From positions 3,515 through 67,514 of the forward strand of contig ADNK01002498.1 of the NCBI GenBank assembly GCA_000320545.1: 64,000 bases of DNA. The letters run 5' to 3'. A program made the translations under genes and the position numbers. This document shows, piece by piece, positions 35,692-50,333 of the stretch (position 1 is its first letter; each line of letters starts with the position of its first letter). A model generated the notes under the pieces. It worked only from the letters and a program-made list of their open reading frames with translations. It was not told where the DNA came from and made no database searches. The DNA comes from Bigelowiella natans CCMP2755 (taxonomy: Eukaryota; Protista; Cercozoa).

Positions 35692-37758
35692 TTAGACTCG
35701 GAGTATACTTTCAGTAGATTTCTCCGATTCAAGATTAGGTAATGTATATGTTAATACTGTAGGTGGGGTCTCCTGTCTTTGCCGTTTCACAGAAGGTTTC
35801 TGCTCGAAGTTTCCAGATATCTGTGGAAATTTGATGTTACGTTGCTCGGCAAATTGATGCCACATTTTCCCCGGGTGAGCTTCCCCCCGATGCGCTTGGA
35901 TTGTAAGATACTCTTCTTCACCAAAGCCATTTCGAATCCTCTTCGAGCCAAGGGCCTCTGGATTACTAGGGCTCGTAGAGGATTCTATGTGTAAAGGTAG
36001 CGAAGTTGTGCGGCGATGGTATCTCTCTCGTGCACTGTTGACAGCGAAACGCATAGAAGCTTCCTCCTCCTCCTTTTCCCAGCTGGTTCCTCGGATAAGG
36101 TCTACATCCTGGACGAAGCGGTTGCAGTTTCTTACTGAATTATCCTCGTAGCGCCTTTGTACTCGTAGCATTTCCTGAGGATGGACAGATCGATCTTGTG
36201 TCACCGGTGGGTATCGAGGACCGCAGCCTTCTGAGAGTTTTTCTCGAAAAGCCTGTGTTTTGCGGAGAGCGAGGTCTTCCTGGATATTATTTAATTTTAC
36301 TGAGGACCGTATTCCCAGCCCTGCACGAGTAGTGAGGCCACCACGGGATGCAATACTTGCACGTGCTGCAAGCTCAGCTTGTGCTGCAAACCCTACACCG
36401 TGACGCGAAGGAATAGTCTCCATTGAACCGTGAGTCTGGATGAATTCTTCCTCCTTCTCCTTATAGATTCTTGCGAAATCAGAGATCACCTGGTTGATCG
36501 GGTCGCCCCGATAATCGGATGGAACAGCAGCAACATATATAAGTATGCCGTCTCTACACCGACCGGTTCGATAATGGAATACTATCTCTGAATTTGTCGC
36601 CATCATCTGGACCCTGTCAGTTTCACAACTCCCAGCATGCAGCAAGATCTGGTGGCATTGATGCTCCAGATAGTCCTCTGGGACACTGCAAACAGGCGAG
36701 GCATATGAGGTGATAATCTCCCCAGTGAAGGTTCCTACGCAGAAATAATGGACCAGCATTGTACGAAGAAACAAGGATCCGTCGTCGTCCAAAATTCCCT
36801 TAGACTCTTGATTTTTTGCCTCACGCGCCATAGTTGCATAAACACTGGTTCGCAAATCATCTCCGAATAGCCTTAAATGATGAGCTGGAATATTTATGAA
36901 TCTCTTGAAACAAACAACACGATGTTTCTGGATGGACCTCGAGCTACTCTTTTGATAAGATTTTCCACACCCAAGGGAACAGTGCCAGCAAGGGGCATCC
37001 TTGCCTTTGATTATTTTTAACTTTCTGGCTGGGGTTCCAGAGAAGTTTTTTTGCTGCGAAAGCTGGAAATTCGCCTGCCAACGAGCAGGACCCTGAGTAA
37101 AAATTTGGCGAGGCCTTCCAGTCTGTTTTGGAATTCTACGCACGAGGCTATGAGCACCAAGAGGAATACGAGGAGTCAAGCATTCAGATGGATCTTGTGG
37201 TGGAAGAAATCTCTCCGTCTTCCCAGACACCGAAGAAAACCTTTCCTGTGATCCTTGGTCGGAGAGCATCGACATTGTACCATTGCGTGGAAGGGGCATC
37301 TCCCTCTGAACAGACTTTCTTCTCATCAGTATTGGCTCATTCATTACCCGACCTGAGTAATTTCCGCGAAATTGCCGCCGAGAGGGCCTCAAACGAGGTT
37401 CTTGTAAATTTGTAGGAAATTGGCGTTGTTGTGAAGGTGATAACATCTGAAGAGGCGATGCCAGTTGCCGCGAAGGTGATAATCGCTGATGGGGTGATGA
37501 ACGCTGAAGCGGTACTAACATGCCATTATTTTGGGTCAGACTTGGAGAATGCACCTGTTCCGCCTTCATCTGCATATTTTGTTCTAGTGACTGTGGGGGT
37601 TTTTGTGTCTGTGCTTGCGCTCGAACCCAAATTTTGCTATTGACCTTAACTTCAGGCTGCGATTTATTCTGAGTCATTGCTGGGGTTTGAGACTGAGATT
37701 TCGATGGATCTTTCTTGAAGAATTTTACTAAGTCCTTTGTAGCATCCGCTGAACTCAT
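35692..37758 (-). CDS. Hypothetical ~690-aa intronless protein: Q/P/S-rich N-terminus, putative Zn finger, longin-like domain
   Basis: Long open frame (first ATG 37758). CSLGCGKSY...IQKHRVVC, followed by LVHYFCVGTFTGEIITSY...IVFHYRT...GILIYVAAVPSDY...VISDFARIY, which resembles the longin fold pattern. Confidence 0.65.
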   Translation of the reverse strand: MSSADATKDLVKFFKKDPSKSQSQTPAMTQNKSQPEVKVNSKIWVRAQAQTQKPPQSLEQNMQMKAEQVHSPSLTQNNGMLVPLQRSSPHQRLSPSRQLASPLQMLSPSQQRQFPTNLQEPRLRPSRRQFRGNYSGRVMNEPILMRRKSVQREMPLPRNGTMSMLSDQGSQERFSSVSGKTERFLPPQDPSECLTPRIPLGAHSLVRRIPKQTGRPRQIFTQGPARWQANFQLSQQKNFSGTPARKLKIIKGKDAPCWHCSLGCGKSYQKSSSRSIQKHRVVCFKRFINIPAHHLRLFGDDLRTSVYATMAREAKNQESKGILDDDGSLFLRTMLVHYFCVGTFTGEIITSYASPVCSVPEDYLEHQCHQILLHAGSCETDRVQMMATNSEIVFHYRTGRCRDGILIYVAAVPSDYRGDPINQVISDFARIYKEKEEEFIQTHGSMETIPSRHGVGFAAQAELAARASIASRGGLTTRAGLGIRSSVKLNNIQEDLALRKTQAFREKLSEGCGPRYPPVTQDRSVHPQEMLRVQRRYEDNSVRNCNRFVQDVDLIRGTSWEKEEEEASMRFAVNSARERYHRRTTSLPLHIESSTSPSNPEALGSKRIRNGFGEEEYLTIQAHRGEAHPGKMWHQFAEQRNIKFPQISGNFEQKPSVKRQRQETPPTVLTYTLPNLESEKSTESILRV

Positions 37759-39200
37759 ACTTCCTCCTTTATTTTGCAAAGAAAACGAACAGAAATTATA
37801 CTCAACTTACAAAAGGATAGCCACCCCACTCGCTAAAATGAAAAATCTCTTGGAGGATTCGGCAGAGATGGGGCACAAGTTATTCTTCTTCTTTCGAAGA
37901 AAATTTCGTATTATTCCCACAAGTTCCATTCTAAGGAATCGTCTCCTTCTTTCTACAGCAAAAAAAAATCAACCTAAATAACAAACGATGTTGCGTTGTC
38001 TGTTGGCGGTGGGAAGGCACTTTCGTATTCCGCACCGCTTGGATGGATTCCAAGACTGAACGTGTTTTAACAGCGACCGAGAGCTCAGAGCTGTTCAGCA
38101 AAATGGGCCTCGTTGTGCAAAAAAGTGAAGTAAAAATAGCAGCTTCAGTCCAAAATCCGGACTATGTAAGAAGCATTGTCATCGAAGAAGAACTTACTCA
38201 CCTACACAAGATGATGTTTCTTTTTATTTTTAAACTACTGAACTCACGCTGACAGCTTTTCGTATCCGAAGCGTGTACTTTGCAGACGTACTTGCTGCAA
38301 TTTTGGCCCATTTCTTCACGAAGGTGATGTCGCATCCATCCAACTCTCGTGAAATCCACACCTACATGGAAGGTAGATAGCAAGTCTGTGTCCAGCAGAA
38401 ATGCAGCTTGTAGCCCTTGCCCATGTTGACAGCAATGAAAAGTCACCAGGAATTTTGTGTCTACGGCATGTATCAACTCTACTCTCAAGGGATTGTTAGC
38501 CAAATTTGTCTCACATTTGCGAGTCCAAGATCAGATTGTGCTCAAACCATGCGTCAATCTGTTTTTGGAAAGAGAAAGGAAGCAGAGTCATGCGATTCTT
38601 CTGTTTTTCCACGGTTTGGAAGCAAAAATACGGAAAACATAGGTGGTTTTGCACAAAATTCCCAGCGGCGAAGTTCCAATTGCATCGAACACAACACCGA
38701 GTCAACCGTTTCTACCAGTCGTACATGTGGATCTAGTCTTGAGTATGGGTGTCTCAAACAAAACAAAGGAAGAAACAACGAGAAAAAGGAGCAGCACATT
38801 CGGAACAGCTTCCATTTTCGACTGAGACAGACGTGCTTTGCACCAGAAAGTGCGCATGTTCCGGGGGAGTTTTACCATTAAGTCAATCAGAAAACGTCCC
38901 CAAGAGAGTCAAACGCATCATTTAGCCTGGCTGCTATTCAAGGCGCTCTTGGACAAAGGGGTACTACTGCCTGTAAAATACTAAGGATTTTGTCTCAGAC
39001 ACAGTTATTTTTTTTAATTTTTCGGTACTTATCCGGAAGACAGCCGGCTCCACGACTCTCACAACGAGCAACCTTTTGAAGGTCGCTGTGGATTTTTTAT
39101 ATTAATTCGAGGTTGCATGGTTTCTCCGCAAAGATTTGCTCATCTCCAGGGAAAGGGCAAGCGTTATTCGATCCCCCTTTAGTATCTCGTCTGTCTATGA

Positions 39201-39247
<47 letters not shown>

Positions 39248-40575
39248 GTATGCATATATATACATATATACACATATAATATTCATACACATATTACATG
39301 TGCAGATAGAAATTGTGATTAGCAAGTGATTCATTTTGTGTTAAACAAAGAAGCTGAAATGACTACATTAAGTACTTAACGTCCTTCGCAATAACGACCC
39401 TGACGACTCCTAGGACTGCTGTTGCTGCAGACAATGTCGATGCTCATTGTTGTCGCTAACACCTTAGTCGACGTAATAGGACAAATAGGCAGCGTTTGGG
39501 TTTGGCAAATCTCTAGTGTCAGTATCGTAGGTCAGTGACAGCCAGACTGGCAGACAGTGGTTAACCTTTTAATACAGCGATGCTTTTTTCTAAGTTTTGT
39601 CGTGCATGCCCGCGTTTGTAAGACAAAAATATCGCTACTGCAAGCTAGCAGATGTGAGAGGCACTGCGTGCGCTACAGACGTGTCATCACGCATCTAGAC
39701 ACATGCGCGCATTTACCGTGCATACACGGACCCCTAGACCCACTCAATCACACTCGCAGCTAACTAGGCATGTCTAGATGTCCATGCATGATCGACTATA
39801 GATCTAGCTAGAGATCTAGAATGACCATCCATCTAGCCATGCTAGCATGCTCCGGGCTAGCGGGTGCGCGCGCACTTTCGCTTCTTCATGATCGATGATT
39901 TGCAAACATGGCTTTGAATCTTATGTCTAGATCGAGAGATGTCTCGATGTTTTCACATGTGGCCATCGGCATCGCGTTGTGCGTGCGTGCAATGCGTGCA
40001 CTTACTTCGTTGCTGTTCCATGCGACAGAACAAATATCTAAACAGCATCCATTTGAATAGTTGAATACACGTTGAGCGTTCAATCGACACAATGTAGTGT
40101 ATTCGGAGCAATGTGTGAAAACAAGAAAAATCTTTGTCCACGCAACGAGTACAATATCTAGATATGCTAAAGCTACCCAAATCAAAGCATGCATGGGCGC
40201 ATGGGCTAGACTGGTAGAATTCATCGTCAATACCTTTGTTGCCGGGGAAAATGGACATTTGAAGCAGTTAATCAGGGTTGTATTCCTGGTCCAGATCATC
40301 ACTGCGCGGAGGAGCAGAGGCATCATTCTTACCACACATTAATTATCAAAATAAAGGAATAACATAATAGTCAGTGAAATTATGTTGAGTATATATTGCA
40401 GAAAAGTCCGCATACACGGATGCATATCACGCAATTAAAAACTGCGAATTAGTGATCTATGTTACTTAATAAAATTCTAGAATCGATGAAAATTGACTGA
40501 AACTGAAACAAAACAAGGCATACACCTGGGTATCACATATCACAACATATTTACTTATTCTCTATTTAGAGATGT

Positions 40576-41546
40576 TCATACGTATGGAGACACAGCTGTA
40601 GCCTGGGGGATGGGCTCAGCGTGCTGTTGATGACAAAAAATGACACATCAAGATTCGCCGACGATATATGGTATCTTTGACGATTATGATAATGGAATAG
40701 ATTACGAACAAAGGGTTACACGAATTTGATAATACACGATGTGAATGTGAATGTATTGGAAACTTTTATCAATCTAAGGATGCATGTACGGAGAACTGCA
40801 ATGAAGGCCTGCTCGATGAAACGAAAATTCTAATTAAATATCCAATGTGTGATGGGAGACACGAAAGATATCGCCGAGTTTACTTACGAATGGTGGTGGA
40901 GGCAACTCGGTTATAGTATTTGTCATGCTAACGGGTTGTGGAGCTCCGCTCTAACCAAAATTTGAGGGCGCGTAATGAATATGGGTTACTGAGAACATTA
41001 TCACTATGTCACCGTCGCTATGATCTGTTTAGATAAATAAACTTTTCTCCTTCAAATTCTTCGCCTCTCTCACTCAAGCACATATGTACGCTTATGATTC
41101 ACTAATCATTTGGATTTGAAGACGACGAAGACAATTATTAACATATGAAGGCGGAGATATATGATGATAGTAATGGGCACACGCTTTACACCTGCACCGA
41201 CTGCCCATAAAAGTTGGCAGGGCTCACTGCAGTCGGTCCTCCAACGGATCTTTTCATCGGTCAATATACACAATAGATTTAGTATTATGAAGAAATATTT
41301 CACATCCTAAAATCTAACAATTTACATGAAATCAATATATCTTCAAGTAGCTTAATACGCACTCTCAAGAAATCATGGACATGCTACTACCTGACAGGTA
41401 GTGCTATGGGGGTGGACGAATGTATAGGCATAGCGACAGGGACAGAGTGAGCATTAAGCTTGGGTCTGAAGATTCTTCCTACGAAGAAAGGTGTTTATAC
41501 ACGTTGTAAAAATACCATATTTGTAACAAATCTGTGGATGTTAGAC

Positions 41547-41615
<69 letters not shown>

Positions 41616-42163
41616 GAATAGTCTGACAACTACGCACAGTAAGCATAAACACATATAAATACCTTACAATATTATACATTTATGACGCTATATTGGAAGA
41701 CTAAATTGAAAATGAAACTACCGGAACTTTTTTTCTCGTCAGCCGCGAAAAGACGCAATGTGCGATTTTCATGATTTTGACGATTGGTCTTTAACATTCT
41801 GCAGCAGATCACGCAGCCTGCAATAGCGCTGATGAACTACAAGCAAGCAAGTATGAAAGCAAAATTGTTAGAATTCGGTTGGTTGGATGTTTTGAGATGT
41901 AAATTGCTCCTGTACACGACTACACTACTACAAACTGCAACTACGCTATCGAGAATTTCGTACAACGACTGAGCCGATGATAGATCCAATAACCGCACCT
42001 GGGGAAATATTATCCAAAGGGAGTACATGTAAAGAGAATAATTTAGAAATAACATATGTTAAAAAGAAATCCATTGTTTATCGACCCAACGACATAGCTG
42101 AATATAGAGTCTCAAAATCTCGATATCCTCACTAGTTCTCTACCACTACTACCACTACTACTC

Positions 42164-42197
<34 letters not shown>

Positions 42198-42946
42198 CCG
42201 ATCCAGAACCACCAGTGCTACTTGCGCTAGGCACAAATGCCGAGGGGAACGGCGTGGGAAAGGGGGTAGGCACGGAGTTGGAGTTGCTGCAGCGCACGCC
42301 GACATCCTCAGAATGAACGCAGTTATGATTGTCGTTCACTCCGAAAAGTCCAGGGCATTGTCTTAAGAGACTTTCGCTTCCAGTGCAACCAAGATCGTCC
42401 GCATTGATTGGTCCCACGCCATCTGGAGTGTTGGTGTTAGTAAGCACGCTGCCATCATCGAATCCAAGCTCCCGACATACGACTCGAGCATCTGAAATTC
42501 CGAACAAATCGTCGCACACCTAGCGATAAAAGGATATTTGGATTATTTTTCCAGCTGCTGATATTTGTGTGATCGGTTTACATTCCCCACCATAAACCCT
42601 GTATTATCGTAAAGATTTTTTTGTCCGCATGCATGAGAAACATTGCTTTGGCCGTAGCTTTTCACGCTTTTATTCAGAATTTTTGCTAGAATTTGTCATT
42701 TCGCAGTCGAACCGTTCCCCAAACACCGTCGACTTGAATCTCGACCCGCCCCTCTGAAGACGACCCGCCTGCGAGCCGCACACCTCCCACGCCAAATGCC
42801 GAGGGGAACTGCGTGGGGAAGAGGGTGGGGAAGGGGGTGGGAAAGCTCATTGGAGAGCTGCTGACGTGTGATACGTCTAGAATCAGCAAAACTAGAGGCC
42901 ACACAAACGCAGCCATTGCAACAGGTCCTTCTTTTTCAGTTTTCAT
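40576..42946 (-). CDS. Type I membrane protein with SRCR domain and PTxFP repeats, multi-exon (3' exons approximate)
   Basis: Signal peptide MAAFVWPLVLLILDVSHVSS; SRCR VRLAGGSSSEGRVEIQVDGVWGT|VCDD...ARVVCRELG...LGCTGSESLLRQC...HNCVHSEDVGVRC; poly-Ser stalk; TM GAVIGSIIGSVV|FISAIAGCVICC; Pro-rich tail. Confidence 0.85.
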
Positions 42947-43409
42947 GTAGCTCTCTACCCCTGACAAAATCCATGTAACAAATGTAAACACAGAGAATCG
43001 TCTTCGAGCGACAACCATAGGAAGCAGGGTGAATGACTAGCCCACTCGAGTTGCGACAGACTGTTCGTTCGTGCGTCAGTGTGTAGGCGTGAATCTTGTA
43101 CATAAAGTCGGCGGCCTTTTTCCTCGTTGGGATTTGAGGCACTTTTGCGAGCTCGTCTCTATGCGAATGTATTTTGTTGACGCACCATCAAACCGGCCTT
43201 CAAATTTTAACCCTAAAAAAAATTGGTCGTTATTCTTGTCGCAGAACAAAATCCCAGGGGATATTTTTGGATAGTGTTATTTTCTGGTTTTTCCTCGAAC
43301 TTTCGACGCATCCAACGAAGCCGAACAATCTTCAACTCGAACATTCACAACGTGACAGATAGGTGCGCTATGGCAAGCAGCTTCTGAGAGAGAGAGAGAC
43401 AGACGGGGA

Positions 43410-43503
<94 letters not shown>

Positions 43504-43649
43504 AGAAAATGGTCCAGAATTACAGTGCGTCGATGATGCTATCGTGTGGTTGGCTGTAAAAATCGGTAGGTTCAACTGCGACGGCTCGGGAAATTATATT
43601 CGACTGGAGAAGAATACAGGTGAAAGCAACCACCATTCGGGTCTACTGA

Positions 43650-44234
43650 ATGGCAGATTCAAGACGATTCGGAGGTGATGAAACGAAAGCCTTATATGCC
43701 AGGTAACCGTGAACAAGTTAAATACACCCTGCTGTCTCTCATTACATTTTCCTCTAATGTGTTATTGCTTCCAAACCTCATAGTTCTATCAAGGAGCGCA
43801 AACAAGCCGCTTCGCTCAAATTCAGCCGATTACGAACGGTCGATGGTTATTTTATGAAAGCATCATGCTGGAATCCAAACGCTACAATTTTGGATATTTC
43901 CAAACCCATCGTTTGTGTACACGTCTATCACCTCGCCAAGAGCGCCATCATCACCATCGCATTCCATCATCACTTGCCACAAACCAACAACACCAATCAA
44001 CATTACTTTGAATCGTGTGTGTTAACAGCTAATCTCTCTAGTGAAAGACCAGGCATCCAGAGGCCGCATTTCCTATGAGACACTGCAACGATGCCTCGGC
44101 GTCTTGCTTTCAGACACGCGCCGACGCTTCCCAAATATTTCATTGGAGAAGAAGCAGGAGCTTGAGAGGTTGCATAAATTGCATACCATGCACGATCTAT
44201 GCGCATACATGCACGCACACAAGTGTCATTTATA

Positions 44235-44278
<44 letters not shown>

Positions 44279-44601
44279 TACATATATACATATATAAGAA
44301 ATGTATTTTCGTCTCGTTTATAGAAGGACACCTTGTTGATTAGGGATTGTGCTTTATTTTTGGGTCTCTCGGAGCAATATCCCAATTTCCTCACTCTCAT
44401 CCAGGTCTCGAAGACTTAGTTATTACACCTTCCCATCAACCATGAAATGTTCATGGTTTCAGTGGGTTGTCCGCACGGGCTTGTTCTTTTTTCTCCTTTC
44501 CGTTGCAAAGCCTTTCCATTGCCTGAGTTTACAAAACTAGAGCATACCGGCATGGCAAATCAGCGAGATCTTGAGCCAACATACGGATAAATTGATCGTA
44601 T

Positions 44602-44651
<50 letters not shown>

Positions 44652-46137
44652 CACGTATATGATGTTTTACTCACTAGAGTTATAGAGCACCCCCCTACAA
44701 AGAAAATGCAGCAATCATAGATAAAATCACCATTTCAGGAAGTAGACTCTGCGGATAATGATAGTAACGAGGGTGACTTTGCAGAGGAGAAAGGTCAAAG
44801 AGAAGAAAAGGACGAAGGAAAGGATTCTACGACAGCGAGTCAACCTTCCCGTGGTGCAGATCCCACCGCCATTTCAGAGCTGGGAGCTGGCACTACCGAG
44901 AAACATACAGAGAACGGGTCTCGTGAGGATAATCCAAGCAGCGGCAATAATAGCGACAAGAGCAATAATGATGGTGATAAGGAGGCGGAGATGGTGGATG
45001 GGAATGGTGATGCCGGCTTGGAATTAATGGCAAACGATGAGAAGGCGTTGAAGAAGCTTCGCATTGCCATATGGAACGCACAGGTGCAGGATACGATTTC
45101 AGCCGTGCAGGTAGGTGGGCTTCGATCATGTGATGGAAAAATCTTGATTACAATGACTACGGCGTTGACGCTGATGATAAACACAAATGCACACAGGCTT
45201 GCATCCTCGACGATTTTCTGTCGCCAGATCGGCACCAACCTCGAGCACCAAATGAGGGGGAGGAAGAAGGTATAAATGCTGATGAGCTGAAAGCATCCCT
45301 TCTGGCCTCTCCCTCCATTTCCAACGTGAGAATCAACGACTCGGATGTAAGAGGGACGCGACAGCAAGTTCTGTTGTTCAAATGTGATGGCTTCGACGGG
45401 GGGGGTGTCTCCGTGACTGTGCGCGCGAAGTTAGGAGCGAGCAGAGACGCTGTGAGCAAGATGGAAAAGGTCAGAAAAGAGGGTGATAATAATGCCAGAA
45501 TTGAAGCAGGTGGCACCTCTTCGGTCAATATTGCAGTTTTTGAGGCAGAGGGACTTGGATTTTCCGACTATGCACTCCTAAATACGTGGCTTGCAGTTTT
45601 GATCCAACAGAATGGATACAACAACATCGCCAATTCTAATCAAGGCCTCCTCCTGCTATCAATAAGCATCATATCCCACCGACTTGCAGAGCTGATATCG
45701 GGGGAGTTTGGGGCGCACGATAGAAGAGCCGCCATCAAAAAGCTGCGACGTTTGAAGCCTCTGTCCAATCAGAGAGCGGGCCATATCTCTATGGAAATTG
45801 TTGGGGTAGAATAAATGAATGTCAATGAATCAATAACTGCCTGCCCTGCGGCTCCTTGAGAAAGCTTTGGCGCAGAATTCTGTACTGTCTATTCCATCAT
45901 GATGATGATGCGATCGAAAGGTGCCTTCGGACCTGAAGTTACTGGATCGACGATCACGCTCAGATGTAAGTAAGGACGTGACCGTAGCACGTATGCCGTT
46001 GCTGGCCGTCGAGGAAGCTGTGAGGAAGCAGCTCGTGGATCATTACGAAACCAAACGTAGGCGTTCCTTGCAAAAGTATAATCAGGTGTGCGTGCATACA
46101 TCCATACACAACCTCGTGCGCACCCCCGTCAACCGTA

Positions 46138-46181
<44 letters not shown>

Positions 46182-46562
46182 GCGAGCGGCTTGGAAAAAG
46201 GGAAGGGGGGGGAACAGGAGAAAGGGCACTGCACCGCGGACAAGTTTCACATCAGCAAAATGGGAGCAAATAGTACACCTCGAAAGCGTTGCACGCGGAG
46301 AGGCTATAAAGCAGTTCTCGGAGTGTGCTCAGCAGCTCGAGAGGGAATTCCAGGAACGTGTCGTTGATGGGCGCTATGAAGGGGACGGCGACGAGGAGAA
46401 GGATGATACTGATCAAAAAGGCGCCCAAAAGGGGGAGAAGACAAAGCAAAAGAAGAAGAAAAAGAAGGAGTCAAAGGCGCGGGTGGTAGATATGCTGATG
46501 CCTCATATGGCCTTCCATGGGACAAGCAGCAGGTAGCGCTGTAGCAGTAAGCAAGTCCATCA

Positions 46563-46602
<40 letters not shown>

Positions 46603-47118
46603 GTTACGCATTGGTGTTACCCCTCTCTCCGTGCGTGCTGTGTGGTTTTATTGCAGGATCAATGTGGATTCGATCGCAGAGAACGGTGTTGTGCCTCCGG
46701 GAGAATTTACCAGCGACGGATATCTTGTCACAACTTCAACGGGATCTGCGTTTGGCGAGGGTAGGGCAAACGGATGTTGGTGTGTGTGTGTGTGTGTGTT
46801 AGAGAAAGAGAGGGGGGAGTAGAAGAGTCTGTGAGTCGTGCATCTGTACAACATCGGTTGGTCCCATGAGGCATGTGTGTGCAGTTGACGGAGTTTGCAA
46901 GAGAATATGTAGGATGAAGCTCGTGAAGTATGATGCGTTTGTTGGTATATTCAGTATAGTGTTACACAAAATCTTAGGAATCTACACAACTTTGAACCCG
47001 TCGGTAGCTGCATCCTACGGGTAGAATACCCACCCACCACCACCACCACCACCACCACCATTATCATCATTATCATCATCATCAGCATCATCAGCATCAT
47101 CATCATCAGCATCATCAG

Positions 47119-47149
<31 letters not shown>

Positions 47150-48962
47150 ACATGTTCGGATTATGGCTGTGTTATATTTGTGACGACGATACTATCCTCC
47201 TCCTCCTCCTCCTCCTCCTTTCATCGCCTAACAGATACTATGATCCCCACCATGCAACAAGCCAGTTTTTTGTCGGATTGGTGTTACCAGGCATTCCCTG
47301 GTACTGCGTCACCAGCAAATCGCGACAGTTTCCAACGGTGAAATGGGGACAGACGCAGAAGAAGGGATTCCACTCGCACGTTAACGCGGCAGGCAACATC
47401 GACGGATTTGACGTCACCGTGATCTTTGAGTCCCGTCAATTTCTCCCTCTCTTCCTCGTCACCACCGTACGGAACGATGTGGCGCAGACTAATGGTAAAC
47501 AATAAATTATGCTACATTGATTGCGAAACGATGGATCGTTGCCACTGCTTGTGTATGTTGTCACCATGATTCTTCCTGAATCATGTAAAACCTTTCATGC
47601 TCCTCCCCCCTCCCCCCCATTCCCCCCCCCCCTTCTCATCTCTTTAGGAGTCTCGAAGGCTCTAAATGCGTTGCTTCCCGGCCACTTTTCGGAGAAAATG
47701 AACCAGAAGACGAGCTCTAAAGAAAAGGCGAAGAGAAACCAATCGCTCGCAGAGGAAAAACGACTGGAGAAGAAATTGTCTTTTTTCAAGAAAATGGAAC
47801 GGTATCCCCCAGGCTTAATACTGTATAGAGTCCCCGGACTTAGCGATACATGGAGTCTCCGTCTGAGCTCCGCTGTGCTGAAAGACCTAGACCGGCGTCA
47901 GGCTAAGTACAAGCGGATTCTACACATGGTCGGCAGGGACATTGACGACGCTCTCCTTGTCAAACAGAAGAAGCAGGTGGCAGATGTAGCAGCAGAGCAC
48001 GCGCGCGTTGCTATCCCCGTATTCACGGTTCATTGTGTGTGGGTGTTTTGCGGTTCTCAAGATCTACTGCAATCTACTACTGTTGCTTCGAGTGCGTCTT
48101 CGTTTCGATCGCTCTTTTGTTTTCTAATACGTGTTGGTATACTGCCGCTGCTGCACACATCATTCCGATACAGATAGCCGTTTGCGCTCACCTGTTGTTT
48201 TGCTACATCCACGCACAGTCAGCTCTCAATGCCGCGTTGCACACGACTTCTTCTGATGGAGGGACCCTCGGTGTCCACATCGTCTACGCGATAGATAAAT
48301 CTCAGAGCATGGGCGTGAGAGGTTTCAAGCGTCTTGCTCTCCCAGCTTGCCTGGAGATCCACAACTCCCTCTCCCCTGACTCTGCACACGCAGTGATGTT
48401 CGGGGAAACCGTGACCCATACCCAAGTAAAGTCGTCGCAGTACTTTTCAAAGAACGGCCTAGCCTCGAAGACGAAGCTCGAGCCGGGTTTCTCCTTCCCC
48501 CCCTCCCCCTCCCCCTTCCTCCTTCTCCTCCTCCTTCTCCTCCTCCTCCTTCTCCTCTCTCACTACCACTACCTGCTGTTATTCGCTGTTCTTCTTTCAG
48601 GCACCGCGCTGATGGAAGGCTTTGAGAAGGCCGTGGAGCTTGTGGTCAACACACATTCACGGGCGCAGGAAGATGCGGACCGATCTCTCCGCGAGCAGCT
48701 CGTAGGGCTGGAACTGCTTTACGATAAGATTCAACAGAGTACCAAAGTAGCACAGGAGGGGCATGGAGGAAGAGGAGGGGGGGTGGGTAAGGGACGGCTG
48801 ACCAATAGGGAAAGGAAATACAGGAGTCGTCTTTCTGCGGCTAGTGATCGTATAGATACCCGCATGGCAGATGTACGTGTTGCGCAAATGAAGCTGATTG
48901 GTTCGAAAGGGCCTGGACGTGTGAAGGCCAGGAGAAGAGTTTTCCTGGCTATCAAATCCTTG

Positions 48963-48996
<34 letters not shown>

Positions 48997-50294
48997 TTGT
49001 ACTAGTTGTAGTTGTAATTGTTGATTTTAGCAGTAGCATATTTGAAATGAAATTGCCGCATTTATTGCGCGATAACCATCATAGTCATCATTCATTCCTG
49101 CTGTTTCAGAACAACGCTTTTCGTGCGCGCGATAGATTGAAATCAAAGCATTTCCACCGGGAAAAGATTCTAGAGAGGGGAAAGAGACGTGATGATGAGA
49201 AGAACACTCCTCACAATGATGGAAAAGACGCCTCTGAGGGAAATCAAAACGTAGCTGTATCGGCGTCCACAGAGATCGACAAGGCTTCTGCCTCCTCTCT
49301 TCTGGTTTGTGCTACTAATGATGGTGTACGTACACACGTGCTAGTCCTTCAATTCCTCTCCCACCTTTGCCTGTCGTGCGAAGGGTATAGATAGAGAAGG
49401 AGGGCAATCGCCATTATCATTTATCACCATCACCGTCATTTATATCATGAACAGTAGCCATGAATAACCCACTCGCATGCCCTCACAAAAGGACAACAAC
49501 ACCAACAACATTTGCCCAAAGATGTAGATGTCTGCGTCGTCGTATTTGTTTCTCACACTTGTCTGGCTCACAACTCTCTTCTCCTCACTTTGGCCGCCCC
49601 CCCCCTCCTCATATCATATCCCAAACATTTCAGGATGTAAAGGCCAGAGTGGATAAGACAATACGACGGAACAAGCAGTATCGCCTCGCATCTGTCGCAA
49701 GAACGCTGAAGAAGCAGGACGAGGAGAGCTTGCTGGTCAATGGGTGCCAGTCGTTGGAATGGGAGCAAGAAAGGGTTCTGGCTAAGGAGGCGCGCACTTC
49801 CTACGTCATCGTCGTACTCTCAGATGGCTGCGAGACTGTTTCTACAACCGCAAAGATCGAGGCAGGACTTCAGCGCGTAGTGCGAGTGATGCAGCAGGGC
49901 GGGATCAGACTCATCGTCAAGATCGTCGGCATAGGAAGGTCAGAGGGATGGGGAGGGAGGAGGGTAAGTGAGTGGCAGGGATACAACAACGAACGTGCAA
50001 ACACACGACGCATAGAAATATGACGAGTATTATTGGGCTGCTCGTAATACCTGGTGGCAGGTACGCCGACACACAACTACTGATAAAGCAAAAGCTGGCA
50101 GCTCAGACTGTGAGTTTGTTCGAAACGACGCCCGTGCACTACGCCCCTAAACGCAAGAATCTACTGAAAGTCGTGCATCAACTCTGCGCGGAGCTCAGGA
50201 CGAACCTGTGAGATTATTAGAACTGATATTGAGTGTGATGATGAGGCATACTCCCAGAACTAAAAATTTCTTATTTTATCTTCCTCTTCCTCCC

Positions 50295-50333
<39 letters not shown>

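Noticed and set aside
38043-38900. Possible + strand gene divergent from the longin-like gene
   Set aside because: Competing short frames, no recognisable domain; unsupported.
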